From: Halogeometricum borinquense DSM 11551
GTDB taxonomy: Archaea; Halobacteriota; Halobacteria; Halobacteriales; Haloferacaceae
Length of the DNA: 32,000 nt
Assembly (NCBI RefSeq): GCF_000172995.2
Contig: NC_014729.1
Coordinates: forward strand, 1,620,001-1,652,000
Reading direction: 5' to 3'
Each line of letters starts with the position of its first letter. Position 1 is the first letter of the stretch. Of the stretch, positions 7,620-15,339 are shown piece by piece. The notes beneath the pieces were generated by a model. It made no database searches. It was not told the DNA's origin and saw only the letters and a list, made by a program, of their open reading frames with translations. The translations under genes and the position numbers were made by a program.

Positions 7620-10600
7620 CTATACTGCGGGTTTCGCCGCGAACGCCGACTCGGGGACGACGATAGATGATGACGTCGTGCTATCGGTCGAATCCGAGGA
7701 GTCAGACGAATCCGACGAACTGGACGAATCAGTTGATTCCGACGAATCCGACGACCCCGACGAGTCAGACGAATCCGAGGAGTCCGACGACTGACCCGTG
7801 GTCAGTTCGAGTTTCTGCGCCGTCCGCTGCAGTTCGACGGAGATGTCGCCGGCCTTGTCACCGTTGACCTGTCCCTCCGAGACGGAGAGGTTCGACTGGT
7901 AGCCAACGATGTAGCCGCTTTCGTTGAGACTTGCACCGGACGAGATGGTGTACGGGCCAGTCGCGCGGACGCTGACGTTCGTGTAGCCGTTGTCCGGGCC
8001 GTACTCGCTGTAGCCCGTCGTCGAGTACGGGAGCGTCATCGTGAACTCGCCGTCCTCGTTCGTTTGGGCCTGTTGTGTGTACTCGAATGTGCTGTTCTCG
8101 GTCGGAATCTCCATCTCGACGCTCGCGGTGACAGTGCTGTTCGCGGGCGCACCGCTACCTTGCACCGTCGCACCGGGGACGCGCTCGAAGCTCTTGACCC
8201 ACGCGGCACTGCTTCTCGGGAGCATTGCCTGCGGTCTGACCTGCGCGGCACGCGCGTCACCGTAGACGAGTTGCAGGTAGTCGTTCGACGAGGTGGCGCT
8301 GGAGTTGCTCACCTTCACGAGACGGTAGTGTTCGAGTGCTGGCACGCGCTCCTCGGGGAACGTACCGATGCCACCGATCTGCGAGGTTCCGTCTTCCTCG
8401 ACGAACTCCTTGGCCGCGCTCATGTTCCCATCGAAACTCCGGACGAGCGTCGCGTTACCGGCCGGATTACCGGCGACGCTTACGGGACCCTGCGACGTCT
8501 GTACGGTTCGCGGTTCCCAGTCTACGACGATGGCCGACGGGTCCTTCGCACTACCGTGGTAGTAGTACAGGCGCGTCATCATGCTGTCGTAGAACCGCTG
8601 GTCGCGGACGAGGAAGTTCCCAGTGGGTCTCCCATCGTTCAAGCGGTAAACGCGCTGTTCGTAGAATTCTGCGGACGAGAAGTTATCTTCGGCGTCGTAG
8701 AACACCGATGGAGCGCTGAACTTCGACCCGGGCGTGGCCATCTTCCAATCGACCATCACGTACCGGGTGTTGTTTCCTTCGGTGCTCTGGGAGGCGATAA
8801 CGTCCTGTGCTTGCGTCTCGTTCGGCGCGAGCAGGAAGTTCGCCGAGTCAGTTGCACCTTCCTGGAACGGGTTAGCGTTCGGGATTCGCTCACCTTGGAC
8901 GGTGATCCAGTGACCGTAGTCCCACCACGAGAGGATCCCGTAGGATCCGTCCGCGTACTGGAAGTCGTCGGTCTTCTCGTACGATCCGTAATACGCCATC
9001 TCGTTGTTCGCACCGCCGAACGTGCCTTCTTTCGGCGTGTTCTCTTTGGTCCACTCGAACGAGGATTCCCATTTGAGAACCTCACTCGGACTGTGCCCCT
9101 GGCTCGTCTCCCACGCCGTGTTCGACTTGTCGAGCGCCGCCGTTTCCGTGTTCCGGACGTTGAGCGGAACGAGGAGAACGGGTGCTGCGATGAGAAGAAC
9201 GACCATGGCGATCGAGACGACCTGATACAGTTCGAGATCCGTCACGGTCGACATCGTGGCGCGAACGTCGAGGAATGAGAGTACCTCGCTGAGGAGGTAC
9301 GCGTTCACGACGACGACGATGACGGCAAGATAGTAGTGGAAGCGAAGTTGGGTGAACGCCGCGGAGGTCATGAAGACCGCCCAGACGATGACGAACAGGT
9401 GTTCGGGGTCCTGCTTTGCGAGTAGCGCAGCACCGACGATAATGGCGCTCACCAGTGCGAGGCCGACAAGTTGACCGCTGATTCCGAGGAGGCTACCGAT
9501 GCCATTCGGGAAGGCGGGGACGAGGAAGATGAGTCCAATAATCGCCAGACCGCCGAAGACGTAGCCGTAGTCGCGGGTGTTGCCTCGCTGAACGAGCGGC
9601 TTTGCGAGCATCCACGTCGCACCCGCAATTCCAGTGAACAGCGTGAAACCGTAGTCGGCGACGATACGGTTCACTGGTGTCAGCTGAAGTCGGCTGAGAG
9701 TGTCGGGAGAGAGGTACGGTTGTGCCTCACCGATAGTCCGGGTCGTTGCACCGGCGCTGAACCCGAGGATGCGAAGGAAGTTGTTCGACAAGAGTCGCCA
9801 CATCCCGGGAAGTACGAAGTAGACGATCCCGAGTGAAATAAGAACGATCCCAAAGACGGCTGCGGGGTAGAAACTCGGACTCACGTCGCGGGATTCGAAC
9901 TGTCGAGCAAACCATGCGAGGAAGACAGCGCCACCAGCGACGATGAGTGCAAGAAGCGGCTGTACCAGTGAGAAACTGGTCGCAGAGAATCCGAACTCCT
10001 CGATTTGAATAACCATCAGCACGGCGGTGACACCCATGGAGACGGCGGCGACGAACGCCGTCGGCTCCGGGCTCTTCCCGTTCGCAACGTCGCTCGCCAT
10101 CTTCACGAGGACGAACGCCCCGAGGACGCCGACGATGAGAACACCCGGCGGCCACACCCACATATAGAGGGCCGTGGCAACGCCTGCGATGACTGCCCAC
10201 TTGGTCGACGACCGAATGGCGTCGAAGTCGCGCTCTGCGACGATTTCCCAGATGGGCATCTCTTTCTCGGCGACCGCGAACGCGATCAGTAATGCGGCGA
10301 CGGATATGGCTTGGAAGAACGGCTCGACACCGTTGTGGTCGGAGACGCCAACGAGGGTCCGCTGGAGGAACAGACCCGGCATGAGTCCGAGAAGAATCGC
10401 CGCAAAGACGCCCGGACCACGACCGGCGAGTCGTTTACCGATTATGTAGGCCGGAATCGCTGTCAGCGCGCCGAATACGGCGGGCGTGACCAACAGCGTC
10501 TTCGCAATGAGCTCTTGGCTTGGACTACCTAGTCCGATGACAAGAGCCGCAGTTGCGACGATTTGGTCGTAGAGCGTCCCGAACTGCCCGACGCTCGTTC

Positions 10601-10865
10601 CGTAGGGGAAATGCGTCCACGGGTCGAATGGTATCGTGGAGGGCCAATGCCTGACGGTGTAACTCACCTCGCGGAGATGATACCACGCGTCATTTCCGTC
10701 AAAGAACACTTCTCCGTTTCTGATAAACTTGCTATACGACTGGAGTCGGATGGTCAACATAAGGACCATCACCACGAGTAAGGCGGGGATGTGGTACCAG
10801 TCTTCGAAGCGCTCGAGGACCGAAGTCGTCTCGTGGTCCTCGCGACGCTCGTTGTCTACGCTCAT
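7620..10865 (-). CDS. aglB: Archaeal oligosaccharyltransferase AglB (STT3 family)
   Basis: 1081 aa with about 13 N-terminal transmembrane helices. The first-loop motif is FFDGNDAWYHLR, the EL5 TIxE motif is TRTIGEAQP, and the WWDYGHW motif sits at aa 647-653 (nt 8913-8927 encode WWDYG). A large C-terminal soluble domain carries many N-x-S/T sequons. The C-terminus ends in a Ser/Asp-rich tract. Confidence 0.95.
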   Translation of the reverse strand: MSVDNERREDHETTSVLERFEDWYHIPALLVVMVLMLTIRLQSYSKFIRNGEVFFDGNDAWYHLREVSYTVRHWPSTIPFDPWTHFPYGTSVGQFGTLYDQIVATAALVIGLGSPSQELIAKTLLVTPAVFGALTAIPAYIIGKRLAGRGPGVFAAILLGLMPGLFLQRTLVGVSDHNGVEPFFQAISVAALLIAFAVAEKEMPIWEIVAERDFDAIRSSTKWAVIAGVATALYMWVWPPGVLIVGVLGAFVLVKMASDVANGKSPEPTAFVAAVSMGVTAVLMVIQIEEFGFSATSFSLVQPLLALIVAGGAVFLAWFARQFESRDVSPSFYPAAVFGIVLISLGIVYFVLPGMWRLLSNNFLRILGFSAGATTRTIGEAQPYLSPDTLSRLQLTPVNRIVADYGFTLFTGIAGATWMLAKPLVQRGNTRDYGYVFGGLAIIGLIFLVPAFPNGIGSLLGISGQLVGLALVSAIIVGAALLAKQDPEHLFVIVWAVFMTSAAFTQLRFHYYLAVIVVVVNAYLLSEVLSFLDVRATMSTVTDLELYQVVSIAMVVLLIAAPVLLVPLNVRNTETAALDKSNTAWETSQGHSPSEVLKWESSFEWTKENTPKEGTFGGANNEMAYYGSYEKTDDFQYADGSYGILSWWDYGHWITVQGERIPNANPFQEGATDSANFLLAPNETQAQDVIASQSTEGNNTRYVMVDWKMATPGSKFSAPSVFYDAEDNFSSAEFYEQRVYRLNDGRPTGNFLVRDQRFYDSMMTRLYYYHGSAKDPSAIVVDWEPRTVQTSQGPVSVAGNPAGNATLVRSFDGNMSAAKEFVEEDGTSQIGGIGTFPEERVPALEHYRLVKVSNSSATSSNDYLQLVYGDARAAQVRPQAMLPRSSAAWVKSFERVPGATVQGSGAPANSTVTASVEMEIPTENSTFEYTQQAQTNEDGEFTMTLPYSTTGYSEYGPDNGYTNVSVRATGPYTISSGASLNESGYIVGYQSNLSVSEGQVNGDKAGDISVELQRTAQKLELTTGQSSDSSDSSDSSGSSDSSESTDSSSSSDSSDSSDSTDSTTSSSIVVPESAFAAKPAV

Positions 10866-10991
10866 CGCTTTGAGGAGTGAGCAAAACGCGCATAAGCCTT
10901 ATGATGACGACTCCTCGAGGGGCTGTTTCAAACCCTCACGGTTCGTCTCGCTCGAATCAATGAGCGAATTCTTCGCTCTTTCGCGTCCTGA

Positions 10992-12047
10992 CTATCGGTT
11001 CTCGTACCAATCGACGAATCGTTCGATACCTTCCTCGAAGCTGACCTGCGCCTCCCAATCGAGATGTTCGCGGGCGCGCGACGTGTCCGAGACGTACACC
11101 TTCTGGTCGCCCTCGCGCCACTCGTCGTACGAGATATCGGTCCGGGTACCGGTCTTCGATTCGAGAATGTCGAGGAACTCAAGGAGACTCGTCGTGTTCT
11201 CCGCACCCCCACCGATATTGTACACCGCAGGCTTGTCTTCCGGATCGGAGAGGAATGCGTCGTAGGCTCGGATGAGGTCCTTGACGTAGAGAACGTCACG
11301 AACCTGCTTTCCGTCACCGAATATCGTCAATGGCTCGTCCCGGAGTGTACTGATGGCGAAGTGAGCCACCCAGCCCTGGTCTTCGTTACCGAACTGACGA
11401 GTTCCGTAGATACAACTCATCCGGAACGCTGCGGCGTCTACTGCGCCGCGTTCGGCGTAGTCCTGAACGTAGAGGTCAGCCGTAAGCTTGGATACGCCGT
11501 AGGGGGTGTGTTCACAGCCGTCGATAGAGAGTGTCTCTGGGATTCCGTTCTCGAAGTCCGAGTCGTCGTACCAGTATCGGTTCTCCTCCTCGCGCACGGG
11601 GATTTCGTTGACGTTGTTCCCGTAGACTTTGTTCGTTGAAGCGACGACGACTGCGGGATCACTGTCGGCTTTTCGAGCGGCTTCGAGGACGTTGAACGTC
11701 CCTTCGGCGTTCACCTCAAAGTCCGTCCGTGGGTCCGTAAGCGACGCCGTCACGGCGACTTGCCCGGCCGTGTGGACGATTGCATCGTGCCCTTCTACGA
11801 TTGACTCGAGCGTCTCAAAGTCGCGGATGTCGGCCTCAACTAACTCAACGTCCGGGTAGTTCTCCTCGATGTAGTTCCAGTTGTAGGCCGCGGTGTTTCG
11901 GCTCTCGTCGGCCTTCTCTAGTGTTTCCGTTCGACTCAAATTGTCGAGTGCGGTCACGTCAGAACCGCGCTCTGCGTAGTACTCTACTGCGTGGCTTCCG
12001 ACGAATCCAGCACCACCCGTCACGAGCACGGAATCAAGTGTCGTCAT
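10992..12047 (-). CDS. Extended SDR, CDP-paratose/tyvelose 2-epimerase-like NDP-sugar epimerase
   Basis: Blocks shared with Salmonella CDP-tyvelose 2-epimerase as I recall it: TGGAGFVGS, DNLSR, HTAGQVAVTAS, STNKVYG, the YxxxK motif (PYGVSKLTAD), GTRQFGNEDQGWVAHF, GDGKQVRDVLYV and EGDQKVYVSD. Confidence 0.75.
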   Translation of the reverse strand: MTTLDSVLVTGGAGFVGSHAVEYYAERGSDVTALDNLSRTETLEKADESRNTAAYNWNYIEENYPDVELVEADIRDFETLESIVEGHDAIVHTAGQVAVTASLTDPRTDFEVNAEGTFNVLEAARKADSDPAVVVASTNKVYGNNVNEIPVREEENRYWYDDSDFENGIPETLSIDGCEHTPYGVSKLTADLYVQDYAERGAVDAAAFRMSCIYGTRQFGNEDQGWVAHFAISTLRDEPLTIFGDGKQVRDVLYVKDLIRAYDAFLSDPEDKPAVYNIGGGAENTTSLLEFLDILESKTGTRTDISYDEWREGDQKVYVSDTSRAREHLDWEAQVSFEEGIERFVDWYENR

Positions 12048-12053
12048 TGGCTC

Positions 12054-13181
12054 TCAGTTGTCCCCGACGAGGCCTTTGTCCTCTAGTTCAGCGTGGGCTT
12101 CCTCGAAGTTGTCTTGAGCGTCCTGTTCGCGTCCCCACTCGACCAACTCACGCATTCCTTCCTCAAATGTCACGGAGGGTTTGAAGTCTAAGAGTTCCGC
12201 TGCACGCGACGTGTCGGCGTAACAGTGGCGGATGTCTCCCTGTCGGAAGTCGTTAGCAATCTCAGGTTCTAACTCGTCACTCTTGCCGTACAGATCGATG
12301 AGCGTCTCGGCGATTTCGGTGATAGTCTTCGGATTCCCCGTTCCGAGGTTGAGCGCCACGTCTTCGGCTTCGTCTCGTTCCATAGCGAGTCGGTTCGCTC
12401 GGGCGATATCACTGATGTGGATGAAGTCGCGCGTCTGTTCACCGTCCTCGAAGATGAGTGGTGGGTTGTCGTTCTTGATTCGACTGGAGAAGATCGCACA
12501 GACTCCCGTGTACGGGTTCCCGAGGGCCTGACGACTCCCGTAAATGTTGAAGTACCGGAGTGCAACTGCCGGAATATCGTACGAACGTGCGACTGATAGC
12601 GTCAGCTCCTCTTGATCTTTCTTGCTGATGGCGTAGACGCTGGTACTCTCTCGGGGTTTTTTCTCGGATGTCGCAATAGGCTCTAACTCGGTTCCACAGT
12701 CCGGGCACACGTGTTCCCACTGTCCCTCGGCCATCGTTTCGGAGCCGCGTAGCGATGGGTAATGGAGAGTATCTTCTTCCGGACAGTGGTACGCGCCTTC
12801 TCCGTATATTGACATCGAGGACGCGACGACAATCTTCTCAAGCGAAATATCCTCGTTGACGATAATGTCGAGAATACGGGCAGTGGCAAGCGTATTCACT
12901 TCAACGTACTTTTCGATCTCGTACATCGACTGGCCGACGCCGACTGCGCTCGCTTGGTGGTTCAGTACGTCTGCCTCTTCTAGGAGTTCCGTCATTAACT
13001 CCCGATCGCGGACGTCTCCCCAGACGTACTCGGCTTCATCGTTCAGATAGTCGGGTTCATCGTCGTGGACTTGTTCTGTCAGATTATCCACGACAGTCAC
13101 GTCGTATCCGGATGCGACGAGTTCGTCGACAATGTGACTCCCGACGAATCCCGCGCCTCCTGTTACGAGGACGTTCGTCAT
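12054..13181 (-). CDS. Extended SDR NAD-dependent sugar epimerase/dehydratase with a ~35-aa Cys/His-containing insertion
   Basis: The motifs are TGGAGFVGSH, the catalytic Ser region SSMSIYG and the YxxxK motif (VYAISKKDQ). About 60 residues separate the Ser block from YxxxK, against about 25 in GalE-type enzymes. The insertion contains YHCPEED...WEHVCPDCG. Confidence 0.75.
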   Translation of the reverse strand: MTNVLVTGGAGFVGSHIVDELVASGYDVTVVDNLTEQVHDDEPDYLNDEAEYVWGDVRDRELMTELLEEADVLNHQASAVGVGQSMYEIEKYVEVNTLATARILDIIVNEDISLEKIVVASSMSIYGEGAYHCPEEDTLHYPSLRGSETMAEGQWEHVCPDCGTELEPIATSEKKPRESTSVYAISKKDQEELTLSVARSYDIPAVALRYFNIYGSRQALGNPYTGVCAIFSSRIKNDNPPLIFEDGEQTRDFIHISDIARANRLAMERDEAEDVALNLGTGNPKTITEIAETLIDLYGKSDELEPEIANDFRQGDIRHCYADTSRAAELLDFKPSVTFEEGMRELVEWGREQDAQDNFEEAHAELEDKGLVGDN

Positions 13182-13245
13182 ACTCGGTCGGTGGATACCG
13201 CGGTCTAATAAAAACCGTGGTTTAAAAATATCTGATGTGTCTCTA

Positions 13246-14187
13246 TCAGTCGTCGAACGCTTCGATGGTCCGTTTGAGGCCTTTTTCTAGACCGATGGTC
13301 GGTTCCCAGTCGAGCATCCCTGTGGCTTTCGAGATGTCCGGGCGGCGAATCTTCGGGTCATCTTCGGGCAACGGTTCGTACGTAATATCCGAGTCGGTAT
13401 CCACGATTTCGAGTATCAGCTCAGCGAGTTCGAAAATCGTTACCTCGTCGGTGTTCCCGACGTTGACAACTTCTCCCTTCGCCACCTCACTGGGCGCGTC
13501 TGCGAACGCTCGAATACCGGCGATGAGGTCAGAGACGTAACAGAAACTTCGGGTCTGAGAACCGTCGCCGTAGACCGTCAGATCTTTTCCTTCGAGTGCT
13601 TGCGTGAGGAAGTTCGGAATAACTCGGCCATCGTCTTGGCGCATCCGCGGCCCGTAGGTGTTGAATATTCTCACAGTGCGGATGTCGAGAGAGTGCTGTG
13701 CCTCGTAGGCGACAGCAAGCGCCTCTGCGAATCGCTTGCTTTCGTCGTACGGAGCTCGTGGGCCACGGACGTTAACGTTCCCACGATACTCCTCGTGTTG
13801 GGGATGTTCCTCAGGATCACCATACACTTCGCTGGTGGACGCAAGGACGACGCGAGCCTCGTGCTCCGACGCGAACTGAAGCGCGTTGTGGGTTCCCATT
13901 CCGTTCGCCAGCGCAATCTCAACTGCGTGGGAATCGAAGTCTTTCGGACTTGCACGGGACGCAAAGTGATAGACCACACCTACGTTGTTGAGAGATGGGA
14001 ACGGTTCGCTTACGTCGTGGTTGATAGTCTCGAATCGCTCCGCGTCGACGTGTTCGAGATTTTCGGGGCGACCGCTTCCGAAGTTGTCGAGGACGGTTAC
14101 TTGGTAGCCGTCATTGAGCAACGAGTCAACAAGATGACTCCCAAGGAACCCCGCTCCACCGGTTACAACCGCGTGTTGATCACTCAT
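13246..14187 (-). CDS. UDP-glucuronate decarboxylase (UDP-xylose synthase, UXS type SDR)
   Basis: Signature blocks: [44 protein letters not shown] (YxxxK), [18 protein letters not shown] and [19 protein letters not shown]. The size is 313 aa. Confidence 0.85.
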   Translation of the reverse strand: MSDQHAVVTGGAGFLGSHLVDSLLNDGYQVTVLDNFGSGRPENLEHVDAERFETINHDVSEPFPSLNNVGVVYHFASRASPKDFDSHAVEIALANGMGTHNALQFASEHEARVVLASTSEVYGDPEEHPQHEEYRGNVNVRGPRAPYDESKRFAEALAVAYEAQHSLDIRTVRIFNTYGPRMRQDDGRVIPNFLTQALEGKDLTVYGDGSQTRSFCYVSDLIAGIRAFADAPSEVAKGEVVNVGNTDEVTIFELAELILEIVDTDSDITYEPLPEDDPKIRRPDISKATGMLDWEPTIGLEKGLKRTIEAFDD

Positions 14188-15194
14188 AGGTTCACCGTAC
14201 TGCTGTCGCCGACGTTGAGGTGATTTGCTTCACCGTGAACACGGGCACTGCTGCCGACGATGCTGTGTTCGAGGTTCGCGCTCTCAAGCGTCGCCTCCCC
14301 GCCGATGATACTGTCTTTGATGATGCTGTTTCTGATGCTTGTCCCACTGTCAATACTCACGTTCGGCCCGATAACGCTCGATTCGAGCGTCACGTCGTCG
14401 CCGATGTCAACAGGTGGAACGATGACCGCACTGTCGGTATGGACTGTTCCCAGCGACTCCTGTTTCGAGAGAAGAACTCTATTGGCCTCTAACAACGTCC
14501 CCGGACGGCCACAGTCGTACCAGTTGTAAACCTCGAACGTTCCGAGGTCCGCTTCGAAATCAATCATTCGCTGGAGGGCATCAGTGAGTTGATATTCACC
14601 GCCTGCACCACGTTCGTCGTTTTCGACGAGTTCCGCAAGGCTGTCGAACAACAGATCGCTGTCTTCGATGAGATAGATTCCGCTAATCGCCAAGTCCGAC
14701 GGTGGGTTATCCGGTTTTTCGACGAGTTGCTCGATTCGTTCTTCTCCGTTTACTTCGACCACACCGTAATGCTGCGGTTCTTCGACTTGCTTGACACCGA
14801 TACTCCCATCGACGTCATCCAGTTGGTTATGTGCCTGAAGGAATTTCTCGTATCCCTTCTCGAACAGCATGTCTCCCAACGCGATGAGCAATGAATCTCC
14901 TCGGCAAACCTCCTCGGCCTGATAGATACTGTGACCCAACCCTTCGGCTTGTTCTTGTTCGACGAATGTAATGTCGAACCGGTCGCCGAACATGGCTGTG
15001 CTGTAGTCAATTATTTGAGCCTTCATCTGTCCCCCCACGACGATGACGACTTCCTCGATTCGTGTGTTACTCAAACTCACGAGGATATGACCGAGAATCG
15101 GGCGTCCCGCCAGCCGAACCATCGCCTTCGGCTTGGTGTGTGTCTGAGGATAGAGTCTTGTCCCCTGTCCTGCGGCGGGGATAACTGCCTTCAT
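14184..15194 (-). CDS. Sugar-1-phosphate nucleotidyltransferase, long form with a C-terminal left-handed beta-helix (RmlA-long / AglF-like)
   Basis: The N-terminal block is [20 protein letters not shown]. The sequence also has EYQLTDALQ and [14 protein letters not shown]. The C-terminus shows hexapeptide-like repeats ([17 protein letters not shown]). The stop overlaps the UXS start (ATGA at 14184-14187). Confidence 0.85.
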   Translation of the reverse strand: MKAVIPAAGQGTRLYPQTHTKPKAMVRLAGRPILGHILVSLSNTRIEEVVIVVGGQMKAQIIDYSTAMFGDRFDITFVEQEQAEGLGHSIYQAEEVCRGDSLLIALGDMLFEKGYEKFLQAHNQLDDVDGSIGVKQVEEPQHYGVVEVNGEERIEQLVEKPDNPPSDLAISGIYLIEDSDLLFDSLAELVENDERGAGGEYQLTDALQRMIDFEADLGTFEVYNWYDCGRPGTLLEANRVLLSKQESLGTVHTDSAVIVPPVDIGDDVTLESSVIGPNVSIDSGTSIRNSIIKDSIIGGEATLESANLEHSIVGSSARVHGEANHLNVGDSSTVNL

Positions 15195-15339
15195 ACTGGC
15201 CAGATAAAGGAATGAGATGAAAAATACTGTGTTCCAGATATCTTCTTATACACACACAAGTTAGGTCAGCAGTGGATCGATTATTTCGAAGCTACGCAGA
15301 GAACAAGAGTTTTAACGTTCCTTGAATCTCTATCCGGTA
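15195..15339. promoter_or_regulatory. AT-rich divergent promoter region between the nucleotide-sugar operon and the GT2 block
   Basis: A TATA-like GTTTTAACG (about 15309-15317) lies about 27 nt upstream of the ATG at 15340. On the other strand an ATTTTTCAT element lies about 30 nt upstream of the ATG at 15194. The spacing suggests leaderless or short-leader transcripts. Confidence 0.45.

Noticed and set aside
7454-7790. A possible CRISPR or other repeat array, suggested by the 18-bp duplication and the 9-bp periodic repeat.
   Set aside because: The 18-bp unit has only two adjacent copies and no spacers. The 9-bp periodic repeat lies inside the aglB reading frame and encodes the Ser/Asp tail. 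Neither has CRISPR architecture, and no cas genes are present.
8064-9278. A 404-aa plus-strand ORF, together with other plus-strand ORFs between 7667 and 10781, inside the aglB locus.
   Set aside because: These ORFs are antisense to a motif-validated AglB gene. Their translations are Arg/Val/Gly-rich with no recognisable motifs, which is typical of shadow ORFs in high-GC DNA.
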